Made by a program: the position numbers and the translations under genes
Shown here: positions 1 through 10,710 of the stretch, in pieces
Position numbering within the stretch: position 1 is the first letter of the stretch
Layout of the letters: each line of letters starts with the position of its first letter
DNA from: an uncultured Pseudomonadales bacterium
GTDB taxonomy: Bacteria > Pseudomonadota > Gammaproteobacteria > Pseudomonadales > UBA7434
NCBI GenBank assembly: GCA_943788835.1
Contig: CALSRU010000005.1
Coordinates: 316,264-380,263, forward strand
Length of the DNA: 64,000 nucleotides
Reading direction: 5' to 3'
Notes under the pieces: model-generated
The model's database searches: none
What the model saw: the letters and a program-made list of their open reading frames with translations, nothing else
What the model was told of the DNA's origin: nothing

Positions 1-2
1 AT

Positions 3-875
3 GATGATCCTGATATGCGTGAATTGGCCGAGGACGATTTAGCCGTCGGTAAAGCCTCACTCGAAATATTGTCGGCAGACCTACAAAGTTTATTATTGCC
101 GCGTGACCCTAACGATAAAAATAATGTGTTTTTAGAGGTTCGAGCGGGTACCGGCGGTGACGAGGCAGCTATTTTTGCTGGCGATTTATTTCGCATGTAC
201 AGCCGCTATGCCGAATCGCGAGGTTGGCGCGTTGAGATTCTTAATGAGCGCATCGGCGAGCATGGTGGGTACAAAGAAATCATTTCACGTATCGCCGGAA
301 GTGATGTCTATGGCAATTTAAAATTTGAATCGGGTGCACACAGGGTGCAGCGTGTACCTGAAACGGAATCGCAGGGGCGGATTCATACCTCAGCCTGCAC
401 CGTGGCTATTATGCCCGAGGCTGATGAACTTGAGGCCATAGAGCTGAACAAAGGTGATCTGCGTATCGATACGTTCAGGGCGTCAGGGGCGGGTGGTCAG
501 CATGTTAACAAAACTGATTCAGCTATTCGCTTGACCCATTTGCCTACAGGTATTGTGGTTGAGTGTCAGGATGAGCGCTCGCAACATAAAAACAAAGCGC
601 GCGCTATGTCATTGTTGCAAGCTCGGTTAAACGATGCCGCGCAATTAGCCGCTGATGCTGCGCAGGCGAGTGAACGCCGCAACTTAGTGGGTAGTGGTGA
701 TCGTTCGGAGCGAATTCGCACTTACAATTTTCCACAGGGGCGCCTTACCGATCATCGTATTAATCTGACTTTATATAAGCTCAGCGAGGTAATGGAGGGG
801 CAGCTTGACTCAGTTGTGCAGCCACTTTTACAAGAATACCAGGCCGACTTGTTGTCCGACTTGGGTGACGAATAG
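3..875 (+). CDS. prfA: Peptide chain release factor 1 (5' end lies outside the window)
   Basis: GAGGQHVN motif, PET tripeptide (RVPETES), [11 protein letters not shown]; the frame is open back to the window edge; directly upstream of prmC. Confidence 0.97.
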   Translation, partial: DDPDMRELAEDDLAVGKASLEILSADLQSLLLPRDPNDKNNVFLEVRAGTGGDEAAIFAGDLFRMYSRYAESRGWRVEILNERIGEHGGYKEIISRIAGSDVYGNLKFESGAHRVQRVPETESQGRIHTSACTVAIMPEADELEAIELNKGDLRIDTFRASGAGGQHVNKTDSAIRLTHLPTGIVVECQDERSQHKNKARAMSLLQARLNDAAQLAADAAQASERRNLVGSGDRSERIRTYNFPQGRLTDHRINLTLYKLSEVMEGQLDSVVQPLLQEYQADLLSDLGDE

Positions 876-922
876 TTTGAATTTGAGCGCCAGGCACTCC
901 ATAGTCTAGTCGAATCTACGTC

Positions 923-1801
923 ATGCCCGATATTTCATTAGCGCAATTGCTTGTTCAAAGCACTGCTGCACTCACCGCAGCAGGTCAGGCTGGTGCGCGG
1001 CTTGAAGCTGAAGTGTTGATGGCTTTTGCATTGGAAAAGCCACGAAGTTATCTCTATGCGTATCCCGAGGTGGTGGTGTCTGAAATGCACGGTCAGCAAG
1101 TGAAAGCATTGATAGATGAGCGCATTGCGGGGCGTCCTATTGCCTATCTCGTGCAGGAGCGTGATTTTTGGTCGTTGCCCCTATATGTTAATGAGCAGGT
1201 GTTGATTCCACGCCCTGAAACTGAGTGCATGGTTGAGGCTGTGTTGCAGTTAAGTTTGCCAGAGGATTCTGTTGTTGTTGACTTGGGTTCTGGTAGTGGC
1301 GCCATAGTGATGGCGTTAGCTGTTGAGCGGCCAGCCTGGGTTTGTCTGGCGAGTGACCGGTTGGCTGGACCGTTGCAGGTGGTTAAAAAAAATATTGATA
1401 ATTTGCTAGGCGCTGATGCCATAAGTGGCAATACGCCGGCAAAGTTGCCCATGTTGTTGCAGGCCGAGTGGTTGTGTGCCTGTGCCGAAGCCTGTTTTGA
1501 TTTGGTGATTTCTAATCCGCCGTATATAGAAGATGCCGATCCGTATCTTGATAGGGGCGATCTTCGCTTTGAGCCGCGCTCAGCATTGGCCAGCGGAGCA
1601 GACGGGCTTGGCGACATTCGGTGTATTGCCGAGCAGGCTCGCAGAAGTTTAAAGCTAGGTGGTTATTTAGCGTTGGAGCATGGCTATGCCCAGCAGCAGG
1701 GGGTTGTTGAAATAGTTGAGGGCGCTGGTTTTGAGGTTAGGGAATTAGGTAGGGACTTGGCTGGGTTGCCACGTTATGTCATTGCACAAAGTCATTCGTA
1801 A
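923..1801 (+). CDS. prmC: Release factor glutamine N5-methyltransferase
   Basis: VLIPRPETE, DLGSGSG SAM-binding motif, SNPPY motif; follows prfA. Confidence 0.95.
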   Translation: MPDISLAQLLVQSTAALTAAGQAGARLEAEVLMAFALEKPRSYLYAYPEVVVSEMHGQQVKALIDERIAGRPIAYLVQERDFWSLPLYVNEQVLIPRPETECMVEAVLQLSLPEDSVVVDLGSGSGAIVMALAVERPAWVCLASDRLAGPLQVVKKNIDNLLGADAISGNTPAKLPMLLQAEWLCACAEACFDLVISNPPYIEDADPYLDRGDLRFEPRSALASGADGLGDIRCIAEQARRSLKLGGYLALEHGYAQQQGVVEIVEGAGFEVRELGRDLAGLPRYVIAQSHS

Positions 1802-1802
1802 A

Positions 1803-2201
1803 TTAAGCGATTTCCGCAACCGGTAGTAATAGTCGATTGGTAGCATGAAGAATTTCGCCAAGATTAAACGGGGCGAAAAAAACCGCATCAGCGCCGCTGT
1901 GTTCTGCCATTGCCCGAGTTGCTGATTCTTGAATATTTAGCGAGACAATTTCATTTTGGGTGACAAATGCGATGATGGGGAGTTCGCGATCTTGCAGTCG
2001 TATCGTTTCGATAAGCGAAAGGCCATCAAGGTCATCGAGCATTAAGTCGACAAAAACGGCGTCAATATTTTCAAGTTCTGCTAGGCATTCTTTTGATCGG
2101 CTTATATGCTCAACTTTGGCGGAGTCGCCAAGAGCGGCATCAAGAATAACCTGCAAGTAAGGCTCAGTTTCGGCAACAATAAGTCGAGACTTATTAGGCA
2201 T
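1803..2201 (-). CDS. Single-domain response regulator (atypical receiver)
   Basis: CheY-like pattern AVFVDLMLDDLDGLSL...LPII...GADAVFFAPF; conserved Lys replaced by Ala. Confidence 0.8.
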   Translation of the reverse strand: MPNKSRLIVAETEPYLQVILDAALGDSAKVEHISRSKECLAELENIDAVFVDLMLDDLDGLSLIETIRLQDRELPIIAFVTQNEIVSLNIQESATRAMAEHSGADAVFFAPFNLGEILHATNRLLLPVAEIA

Positions 2202-2358
2202 TTATCTTGATTCCTTTATTCTATATTTGGCACTGTCAGTGCGACGTGGCCAGCTTGTTTATTGTGGTATTGGTTGTGGTGTAATTAAAATTGCGTGGTA
2301 AGTGCAAGTCGCTGTTTTGATACGATTCTGATACAAGTCGGACGACCCCAACGGCGCG

Positions 2359-2387
2359 ATTTTAGAGTTATTTTTTTGCCGGCACAA
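2359..2387 (-). promoter_or_regulatory. Putative sigma70 promoter of the response regulator gene
   Basis: Minus strand TTGTGC-N17-TAAAAT followed by GC-rich CGCGCCG, about 150 nt upstream of the ATG. Confidence 0.4.
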
Positions 2388-2475
2388 CCTTGACATTGAA
2401 ATCTTTATTTGGATTTATTTTTAGCGCTTCGGGCAGGTGGGCGTGATCGGTGTTTTTTTGATCTGCGTTAGAGCC

Positions 2476-5064
2476 TTAAGCTTTTTTGAACACCAATTGC
2501 AGGGCTAAGCCATCGTTTAATTGCTCAATAACGGCGTGGCCGTTGTTATTGTGAGCCATGGCCACAACGTTGTCGGCGGAATTTTGGTGGGTGGCGGATT
2601 TAGCTGCTTTGAGTAGCTTTTGTAGGTCTACTGTACTGATGTCAGCTGTCTTTGTGTGCACTGACAAAACAATGTAATCCCCTTCGAGAACTTCGGTGCA
2701 TGCGCTGCACTCAGTGGCGGGCAGGTTTTTATTACTTAGTGACAGTACAATTTGTTGGTCTTCACCCTGGGGTTGATTTTCTTGTTGCGCCGCTAGCGCT
2801 GTATTGCGCGCGCTAATTAAGAGTTGCATAACAATTTGTTTGAAAGGCGTTTCGGCAATTAAAGCACTGCCAGTCGTTTCATCAATTTCGGTTTTCAACG
2901 TTAATGAAGCAGGCATGGTGGGCCGCATCATATCGAGAATTTCAGTGACCAGTGGTTGTAGAGCTGTGCCGGTGGTTCCTTTTTTCTCGACTTGCCCACT
3001 GCTTTTGTGTGCGACTAGCTCGTACGCGTGCGCCGCTGTTTTTAAAACTTCTTCAAGGTGATCGGCTATGCGTTGCTCTCGCGCTTGGTTTTTCTGAGAC
3101 AGTGCGACTTCAGTGTAGTTGACAATGCCGCTTAAAATTTCTTTAAAGTCGCGGCCCAGTGCTCCCGTCATAGCGATGCCCATCGCTTCGCTGTCGAGAT
3201 CATTATCCGTGTTAATTTGGGTAATGTTGTCGCCGAAATCCAGCTCGGTGTTGTTTGCTGCGGTTGTATTAACGTCATTGCCAATGGCGCTATCACTAAT
3301 AAAACCGTATCCAACGATCGATTCGACTTGGCTACCATCAGGCTGAGTTAATGCAATACCTTGCCAAGATACATGGTGCTTCGGCTCAGAGTTCTGCGGT
3401 TTGTGGTCGTCGTCGTAGCGATGGGAAACTGCATTCCCCGGACTTTTTAAAATCAGGCTAGTCAGTTGTTTAAATTTAGGCATGGAATCACGGAAAACTT
3501 CATCATCGTCGCGGCCGGAAATAATGTCGGCGCGTACGTTGAAGTATTGGCAAAACCGCTTGTTAGCCTGTAAGAATCGACCAGAGCTGTCTTTTTGGAA
3601 AAACATGATAGGTGCGTCATCCAGTGACTGCCTAGTCGCATCGTGATTTTTTAGTAATTCTTGATAGGCATGCCGAGTAGCCGTTATATCTACCGCGCTC
3701 CAAACTACCTGCCGCGATAAGCCCGCATCACCCTTTAATTTTGTTATGTAAGTATCGAGCCAGCGCAAGCCTTGGTTACTGGCGTAGGTGATGCTTTGTT
3801 GATGCTCTTTGCCAGTGTTAAGTGTGCGCTGAATGTTTTCAACTAAATTGTCGAGGGCGTCCACCTCCAGTATTTCAGCTAGTCGAAGCCCAGGGGCTGC
3901 CATCGGTAAGTGTTGAGTTAAATGCACGTCATTGCTGATGACCCTAGCGATACGGCCGCTCTCATCTAATAAAAAGCACAGCGCAGGCAGTGATTGAGCA
4001 ACTTGTTCCCAGATTTTTTCATGAGCCATTACGTCGACAGATTCAATTAGATTGTCAAATCCTGGTCGCACCGTATTCGCTTGTTCTGGCAATGTTTCAA
4101 GCGTGTTAGATTTTATTGTGAGTTCAGCACGTGCGCTCGTTGCGCGCCCTTGTCCATTATTCTCTATCTGTATAGCGGTGATCTCTGCAGCATGGGGAGT
4201 GCCATTTTCATCTGCTATGGTGCAGTTAATTGTACGTGGTATCGATTTATATTCAGAAATTCCACGGAGCAAGTCGGCAAATTGCGCGGCGCCTTCAGTA
4301 TTCAGCTTGGTCTGCCAGTCTGTGAGGCTCAGTTGAGTATCTGACTGGTTAAAGATCGGCGAATTGACCGCAGCTGCGATATGGATGAATTGATTTTCGA
4401 AGTCTATGCTCAGCGTATGGCGACAGGTATCGTATGTTGATTGCTGGCTCGCAGTTGATGGCGTGGCGGTATTTTCATGGGCGATATGGATCGACCGCAT
4501 GTCTGCCTGTTCAGCGGCGCGATGCGGCGCAGTTTCATGCGTGCTGCGATTAAAGTGCGGGTTGCTGCTTGGTGGGCTCGTCGGCTGCCTTGGCGCGAGC
4601 AGATTGTTTTGCTCACTGGCGAGCATTTCTAAACGATGTTCCTCGATAAGCTGACGAATAGTTTTTTGTGAAAGTTCTGATCGCAAGATTAACGCGTCGA
4701 TGCCATTTTTTATTGCGGTGGAAAATAGTGATAGGTCTCGATTGAGCTCATGCTCATCCAGCACCATAATCATTAGGGTTTTACGCTGCTTAGCATTGGA
4801 GTTATACAGCTGCGTAATGGTTTGAATGAACGGTTGTGCGCCGTAACTGCGGTCAAAGAATACAACGTCGTGTTGGGCGAAGGTCGTCGGTGAGCAGTTA
4901 ATGGGCGAGATTATTTGCAGTGTAAAAGTGGGTGCGCGGCTCATTTCCAGCATGTGCTGGAGCATCATGCAGAGGCTATTGTCGTCGGACAATATGGCCG
5001 CCGATAGGTGAGATACGTTTGTGCCTGGATCGAGAGTCAGATTGCCCTGGCTCATTAATTTCAC
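2476..5064 (-). CDS. REC-PAS-PAS-HisKA/HATPase-like sensor protein with degenerate kinase motifs (pseudokinase)
   Basis: N-terminal receiver-like segment (ILSDD...DVVFFD), PAS motifs (DITATR; FQKDSSGRFLQAN), H-box-like GALGRDFKEIL, N-box-like QIVMQLLISARN. Confidence 0.75.
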   Translation of the reverse strand: MKLMSQGNLTLDPGTNVSHLSAAILSDDNSLCMMLQHMLEMSRAPTFTLQIISPINCSPTTFAQHDVVFFDRSYGAQPFIQTITQLYNSNAKQRKTLMIMVLDEHELNRDLSLFSTAIKNGIDALILRSELSQKTIRQLIEEHRLEMLASEQNNLLAPRQPTSPPSSNPHFNRSTHETAPHRAAEQADMRSIHIAHENTATPSTASQQSTYDTCRHTLSIDFENQFIHIAAAVNSPIFNQSDTQLSLTDWQTKLNTEGAAQFADLLRGISEYKSIPRTINCTIADENGTPHAAEITAIQIENNGQGRATSARAELTIKSNTLETLPEQANTVRPGFDNLIESVDVMAHEKIWEQVAQSLPALCFLLDESGRIARVISNDVHLTQHLPMAAPGLRLAEILEVDALDNLVENIQRTLNTGKEHQQSITYASNQGLRWLDTYITKLKGDAGLSRQVVWSAVDITATRHAYQELLKNHDATRQSLDDAPIMFFQKDSSGRFLQANKRFCQYFNVRADIISGRDDDEVFRDSMPKFKQLTSLILKSPGNAVSHRYDDDHKPQNSEPKHHVSWQGIALTQPDGSQVESIVGYGFISDSAIGNDVNTTAANNTELDFGDNITQINTDNDLDSEAMGIAMTGALGRDFKEILSGIVNYTEVALSQKNQAREQRIADHLEEVLKTAAHAYELVAHKSSGQVEKKGTTGTALQPLVTEILDMMRPTMPASLTLKTEIDETTGSALIAETPFKQIVMQLLISARNTALAAQQENQPQGEDQQIVLSLSNKNLPATECSACTEVLEGDYIVLSVHTKTADISTVDLQKLLKAAKSATHQNSADNVVAMAHNNNGHAVIEQLNDGLALQLVFKKA

Positions 5065-5587
5065 TCGCTTTGATTAGGGTCTTGGCATGTCATTATTATG
5101 CGTTGCACCAATCTGGCTATTGGCAAAGCCGCTCCGCTCTTACGCTTACTTGCTCTTCGGTCGTATTCTAAGCGAATTGCCTACATTTTAACTAATTGAT
5201 TTGGCTGCATTTTGACCGAATTTTGGTTGATTTTTTGTCAGTATGGTTTAAAAATCGGCGTCTTGGTTATTCTACGCTCTATATGAGTTAAATGCGATCA
5301 TTCGGACCATTTTTGAGGATCATTTCAAATGGGTAGAGCTGCAATGGCCACAGGCCGAGCAGCGTGGGTTTCCGAGGTTTGGGTGATATTTGATCGGCTA
5401 GTGCTTAGGTAGTCTTCCGATTGATCTGTCGACGTTTTAGTGCTGACAATCAGTTTTTGGGCGGCCCGATTGAACCTCGGGTTAGACACTGATGATTCGG
5501 TTGGTAGCTTTGTTGTCCTGTAAATAAATCAATGCGGGTAGAGTTAGGGTAATTACGTCAAATAGCCTAGAATACCCACCCCATAAA

Positions 5588-7039
5588 ATGACAGAAATGA
5601 AAGTGAGTGAAATTAGCTTGTCTAAAAAAATTGCAGATGATGCGTCAGTCGATAGCACGATAGATTCAACCCCTGGTCATGCCGGCGATAGTCCAACCGA
5701 AACACCGGTCGATCCAACGCCTAGCGATACCGGCGAGCCCCAAGCTGTGGCCGAGGCTCAAAGCCATTTGGTGGCCACACAAAGCCAGCTAGATAAGCCG
5801 AGCTCGTCACGCAAGAGTGGCCGTTCGCGCACCACTAAGGCTTGGAGTGTCGATCAGTTCGTAGTGCCTGAGCGAGAAGGTAAAGTGCGCTTTCATGACC
5901 TCGATCTGCCTCAAGAGCTGATGCGAGCTATAGCGGACTTGGGTTTTGAATATTGCTCATCTATTCAAGCCGAAGTGTTGCCCCATACTCTCGATGGTTA
6001 CGACGCGGTTGGCAAGGCGCAAACCGGTACTGGAAAAACTGCTGCGTTTTTATTGGCGGCCATGAATGAATTACTGATTAACCCGGTCGAAGGCGAGCGC
6101 TTTTTGGCTGAGCCCAGAGTTGTTGTGCTAGCGCCGACTCGGGAGTTAGTTATGCAAATTGGTACCGATGCAGTGGATCTTGCCAAGCATACCGGTCTGC
6201 AGGTGCACACGCTGGTTGGCGGGATGGATTATGGAAAGCAACTCCAGCGCATACAAAAACGTTATGTGGATATCGTGGCGGCAACGCCAGGCCGATTGAT
6301 TGATTTTATTACCCGTGGCGATATATCGCTGGCGCAGGTGGAAGTGTTGGTGCTCGATGAGGCCGACCGTATGCTCGACATGGGTTTTATCCCTCAGGTA
6401 CGTCGCATTGTTCGTGCTACGCCACCGCGTGAGCAGCGACAAACGATGCTATTTAGCGCTACTTTCAACTATGACGTGCAAGTAATGATCGATAGCTGGA
6501 TGGTTGATCCGGTTAGAATCGAAATCGAACCTGAGAACATAGCCGCTGATAGCGTGGACCAGCGCGTTTATATGGTGAGTAGCCAAGAAAAATTTACGGT
6601 ACTGAAAAATATTCTTGCCAGCGAGACCGCCACTAGCGTTATTATTTTTGCCAATCGCCGCGATCAAACTCGTAGACTTTATGAGAAGTTACGCAAGGCA
6701 GGTGTTCGCTGCGGTATGTTGTCGGGCGAAATAGCACAACAGAAGCGCACGCGGACGTTGGAACAGTTTAAAACCGGTGACATTAAAGTCTTGGTCGCAA
6801 CCGATGTGGCGGGTCGTGGTATCCATATCGATGGCATTAGCCATGTAGTCAATTACAATTTGCCGGACGATCCTGAAGATTATGTCCATCGTATTGGGCG
6901 CACGGGCCGAGCAGGTGCCAAGGGAGTTTCCATTAGTCTGGCCTGCGAAGACGATGCATTTATGCTGCCGGATATTGAAGTCCTGTTGGGTGAGAAGTTG
7001 GTTTGCGAACGACCTCCCGAGCAGTTGTCTGGAGGCTAG
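5588..7039 (+). CDS. rhlB: DEAD-box ATP-dependent RNA helicase RhlB
   Basis: AQTGTGKT, PTREL, TPGRL, DEAD, SAT, HRIGRTGR; Pseudomonas-type N-terminal WSVDQFVVPEREGKVRFHDL. Confidence 0.85.
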   Translation: MTEMKVSEISLSKKIADDASVDSTIDSTPGHAGDSPTETPVDPTPSDTGEPQAVAEAQSHLVATQSQLDKPSSSRKSGRSRTTKAWSVDQFVVPEREGKVRFHDLDLPQELMRAIADLGFEYCSSIQAEVLPHTLDGYDAVGKAQTGTGKTAAFLLAAMNELLINPVEGERFLAEPRVVVLAPTRELVMQIGTDAVDLAKHTGLQVHTLVGGMDYGKQLQRIQKRYVDIVAATPGRLIDFITRGDISLAQVEVLVLDEADRMLDMGFIPQVRRIVRATPPREQRQTMLFSATFNYDVQVMIDSWMVDPVRIEIEPENIAADSVDQRVYMVSSQEKFTVLKNILASETATSVIIFANRRDQTRRLYEKLRKAGVRCGMLSGEIAQQKRTRTLEQFKTGDIKVLVATDVAGRGIHIDGISHVVNYNLPDDPEDYVHRIGRTGRAGAKGVSISLACEDDAFMLPDIEVLLGEKLVCERPPEQLSGG

Positions 7040-7806
7040 CGCGAGCTACCGGTTTGCTTGCGCTCTGATTGTTCCAAATAAAATAATGTGCCGCCGCATA
7101 CCGCCGCTGGAATAGCCACAATGTTGATCAGCGGGATCATCGACACCACCGTAGTGGCACTGCCAAAACCCAAGCCTGCGCGCTTACGCATGTTTAAATC
7201 TTCTCGCATGGCTTTAAATGATAATCCGTTGTTGTCGTAAGCGTAGTCGACATATTGGATCGTCAGCATTTTTGCGCCAAACCAAAACCAAATAAACGGC
7301 ATGATGGTGGCAAGCGGTGTTATCACGAGTGAAAGTAAGCTGAGAAGCGCGAGGGGTAGTAGTCGCAATATATAATATAAAAGTTTTTGCAGTTCTCGCA
7401 TGAGTGTTCGCGGCAGGATTTTTATTGAGGCCGTTATCGTTAGTGCTTCGGTGCTTGTTTGGCTATTATTAACGCGCTCCACTTGTTCGGCCATCAAGCC
7501 ATAGAATGGTGAGCCAATTAACGTAGCGGCAAAAGTAAACCCAAACGCTACCAGCAGTGCGGCGGCAATATAGAAGATGGCTTTGAATAGCCATTCAATA
7601 AAGCTCAGCCAAGCTGGAGTGCTAGCTATAAAGCTGGTTAGCCAGCCGTCAAATAATTCATAGAGATAGCTTAAGCCAAAATAAAAAAGTGCTATGTTAA
7701 TTAGAATAGGCATGACGACGAAGGGTAGGATGTGCTTATTTTTTAGCGTAGCAAAGCCTCGCCACAAATAGTTTATACCCGAGTAAAAATTTTGATTACT
7801 TTGCAT
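7036..7806 (-). CDS. cysZ: Sulfate transporter CysZ (EI24 family)
   Basis: PFVVMPILINI, SPFYGLMAEQVE, QYVDYAYDN, PAAVCGGT patterns. Confidence 0.88.
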   Translation of the reverse strand: MQSNQNFYSGINYLWRGFATLKNKHILPFVVMPILINIALFYFGLSYLYELFDGWLTSFIASTPAWLSFIEWLFKAIFYIAAALLVAFGFTFAATLIGSPFYGLMAEQVERVNNSQTSTEALTITASIKILPRTLMRELQKLLYYILRLLPLALLSLLSLVITPLATIMPFIWFWFGAKMLTIQYVDYAYDNNGLSFKAMREDLNMRKRAGLGFGSATTVVSMIPLINIVAIPAAVCGGTLFYLEQSERKQTGSSR

Positions 7807-8151
7807 GATGAGCCCTGTAAGGGTTAAAAGCTTTGCACGGTACTGCGTGGGTGGAATAAAATTTTTGCGGGTTAAAGTGGAGCCCGACGCAATTTTATAG
7901 TGCTCAAGATGTTAGCGCTAGTGAGTATGTTCGCGATCGGCACAAGGCGTTGGGTGCATGCCCGACTTAAGGAAAGGGGAGGGCGAGTTAGGGCTGAAGT
8001 TGTCTGCACCTAAACTGGCCAGTGTTACTGGTGCCTTTGCGTCTATATTTTTGCCGATTGACGTGCAAAATCAAGTAGCATACGCAACAATATTTTATTG
8101 GGCGGCCTTGGGCCATGCCCATTTTAATTTACTCTTTTTAGTCGGGTTCTT

Positions 8152-9222
8152 ATGATTTGGATACTTTTACTTTTACTTTTACTTGGGCTTGCAGTGCTTT
8201 TATGGTCCGCCCGTCGCTATCTGCACGGGCCCGATTTGCGCAGCTATGATCGGCCCACCGGAGACATTTTTGATACGGTATCCACTGATGCCGAAGGGCT
8301 TGTAGCGGTCAATAAAACAATTGGTGATTGGCGGCGTGAAGCTGAAAGTGCTCGCGGTATGCGCGGGCGATTAACGAAGCTGCGTGAACAGCTAGATAAT
8401 TTGTCGGCCGACTTAATTTTCGATGGCGAAGTGATTCCAGTTAACGCAGATGGTGTCGATGCTGAATGGGTCATTGCTCCAGGGGCTAATCGGCATCGTC
8501 GAGTGTTGATGATTCACGGTGGAGCCTTTTGTTTGGGGAGTGCTCGCGGGCATCGAAAAGTTTCGGCCCGGCTTTCAGCTTTGGGCGATGCGGCCGTGCT
8601 GGCTATTAATTACCGTTTGGCGCCGGAGCATCATCGTAGTCAGTGTGTTGATGATAGTCAGACAGCTTACCATTGGATGCTTGAGCAAGGCCCTGACGGC
8701 CCTGCTATTGCGCAACAAACCCTGTTGGCCGGCGATTCAGCCGGTGGTAATTTGGTGTTGGTTTTGGCGGCAATTTTGCGCGCGCAGACGCTTCTGCAGC
8801 CAGCCGCGGTGATTGCACTTTGTCCCACGGTTGATAGCACGATGTCGGCTCCGAGTATTATCTATAATGCTGGTTCTGATCACGTACTCGGTCAATTCGG
8901 TAAAGTTGCGAGTAAGGTGCCGCGCAGTTTATTGCTATTGTTATCAACCGTGATCTTTAAATTGTATTTAGCGAATCCACGCTACTCGCCTATCTTTGGT
9001 GATTTGCGTGGACTGCCTCCAACGCTGATACATGCTAGCGACACAGAAATATTGTTATCGGATGCGATTCGTTATACCAACAAGGCCCGCAGTGCGGGGT
9101 CCATGGTCGATCTACAAATATGGCGCGAGCAAATGCATGTGTGGCATTTGTTCGCCGACGATTTGCAAGCAACCGAGCAAGCGTGGCAGGAAATAGGTCG
9201 CTTTATAAAGCGCCATGCTTGA
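8152..9222 (+). CDS. Alpha/beta hydrolase, HSL-family (family IV) esterase with N-terminal membrane anchor
   Basis: HGGAF oxyanion motif, YRLAPEH, GDSAGG nucleophile elbow, HVWH catalytic His region. Confidence 0.88.
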   Translation: MIWILLLLLLLGLAVLLWSARRYLHGPDLRSYDRPTGDIFDTVSTDAEGLVAVNKTIGDWRREAESARGMRGRLTKLREQLDNLSADLIFDGEVIPVNADGVDAEWVIAPGANRHRRVLMIHGGAFCLGSARGHRKVSARLSALGDAAVLAINYRLAPEHHRSQCVDDSQTAYHWMLEQGPDGPAIAQQTLLAGDSAGGNLVLVLAAILRAQTLLQPAAVIALCPTVDSTMSAPSIIYNAGSDHVLGQFGKVASKVPRSLLLLLSTVIFKLYLANPRYSPIFGDLRGLPPTLIHASDTEILLSDAIRYTNKARSAGSMVDLQIWREQMHVWHLFADDLQATEQAWQEIGRFIKRHA

Positions 9223-9247
9223 GGTCTATCTCACTAGGCAGGCGCAT

Positions 9248-10549
9248 TTAGCTAATAGTGTTGAAGGCGGTTTTGGCAACCGATAATGTTTTATCGATAA
9301 TGTCGCTAGTATGGCAAGCCGAAACAAACCCTGCCTCATAGCTAGCCGGCGCAAGGTATACGCCGTGGTCAAGCAAAACATGAAAAAACTGATTGAATCG
9401 CTCGGTGTTGCCCGCCATAACTTGATCATAGCGGGTGACGCTTTGCTCTTCAGTGAAAAACACCCCAAACATGCTGCCTGCGTGGTTAGTCGAGAAGGGG
9501 ATGCCGGCGGCATCGGCCAGCTTTTGTAAACCATTGACTAGATTCTCGGTCGCTTCAATGACTGGCTCGTAAAAGCCAGGTGCACTGATTAACTCAAGGG
9601 TTTTTAATCCTGCGGCCATAGCAACAGGATTGCCCGATAGCGTGCCGGCTTGATAGACGGGGCCTTGCGGTGCGAGTTGCTCCATGATGTCTTGGCGTCC
9701 CCCAAATGCACCAACGGGCATGCCCCCACCAATTACCTTGCCTAGTGCAGTCAGGTCAGGCTTAACTTGGTAGTGTCCCTGTGCTCCGTCTCGCGCCACT
9801 CGAAAACCCGTCATTACTTCATCAAAAATCAATAGCGTACCGCTCTCGTCGCAAACCTCACGCAAGGCCTGTAGAAAGCCGGGTACCGGTGGTATGCAAT
9901 TCATATTGCCTGCTACGGGTTCTACGATAATGCAGGCAACTTGCTCACCTATTTCAGCGAATACTTTACGCACCTCATCACTATCGTTATAAGTCAGCGT
10001 AATGGTATGTTCGGCTAGGCTATCGGGTACGCCGGGCGAGCTTGGTACGCCAAAGGTGAGTGCGCCAGAGCCGGCCTTCACTAACAATGAGTCGGAGTGG
10101 CCATGGTAGCAGCCTTCAAACTTCACTATTTTGTCACGGCCTGTAAAGCCCCGCGCTAATCGTATGGCACTCATAGTCGCTTCGGTGCCTGAGCTGGTCA
10201 TGCGTATAAGCTCTATAGACGGCAATAGCGATTTAATTTTCTCTGCAACAGCGATTTCAATTTCGCAAGGAGCGCCGAAGCTCAAGCCGTTGTGCAGGGC
10301 TTCTTGTACGGTGTTGATGACGTCAGGATGGGCATGACCCAAAAGCATTGGTCCCCACGATTGCACATAGTCGATGTAGGCATTGCCATCGGCATCAAAA
10401 ATATAGGCGCCACTCGCTCGCTGTATGAATGGCGGGCAGCCGCCTACCGCTTTGAAGGCGCGCACGGGTGAGTTAACACCGCCGGGAATGGATTGCTGTG
10501 CGCGAGCATAAAGATTTTCGGAGTGTGTGTAAGAATGCGTTGCAGTCAT
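9248..10549 (-). CDS. hemL: Glutamate-1-semialdehyde 2,1-aminomutase
   Basis: [38 protein letters not shown] lysine. Confidence 0.97.
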   Translation of the reverse strand: MTATHSYTHSENLYARAQQSIPGGVNSPVRAFKAVGGCPPFIQRASGAYIFDADGNAYIDYVQSWGPMLLGHAHPDVINTVQEALHNGLSFGAPCEIEIAVAEKIKSLLPSIELIRMTSSGTEATMSAIRLARGFTGRDKIVKFEGCYHGHSDSLLVKAGSGALTFGVPSSPGVPDSLAEHTITLTYNDSDEVRKVFAEIGEQVACIIVEPVAGNMNCIPPVPGFLQALREVCDESGTLLIFDEVMTGFRVARDGAQGHYQVKPDLTALGKVIGGGMPVGAFGGRQDIMEQLAPQGPVYQAGTLSGNPVAMAAGLKTLELISAPGFYEPVIEATENLVNGLQKLADAAGIPFSTNHAGSMFGVFFTEEQSVTRYDQVMAGNTERFNQFFHVLLDHGVYLAPASYEAGFVSACHTSDIIDKTLSVAKTAFNTIS

Positions 10550-10710
10550 AGAACAAAAAGCCGTTGAAAGTTGTCGTGGCGCCCGTTTTTTCGGTGTCGT
10601 TAGAATAAAAAAGGCTTACAAGTGGTGCTAAAATTATACGCGCTAAGCAGGGTTGGGATCATTATGTTCCAAGGTGCAAGTACGGCAAATGACAGTGCCA
10701 TTAAGCACGA

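Noticed and set aside
2227-2242. Sigma54-like TTGGCACTGTCAGTGC on the plus strand
   Set aside because: The spacing fits, but the -12 box is imperfect and it points antisense with no gene to drive; better explained as a palindrome
7958-8155. 65-aa ORF upstream of the esterase
   Set aside because: It spans the likely esterase promoter (TTGACG...TAGCAT) and shows no protein-like signature
8164-8184. (CTTTTA)3 repeat at the start of the esterase gene as a phase-variation tract
   Set aside because: The unit is 6 bp and in frame, encoding the poly-Leu membrane anchor; slippage would not shift the frame
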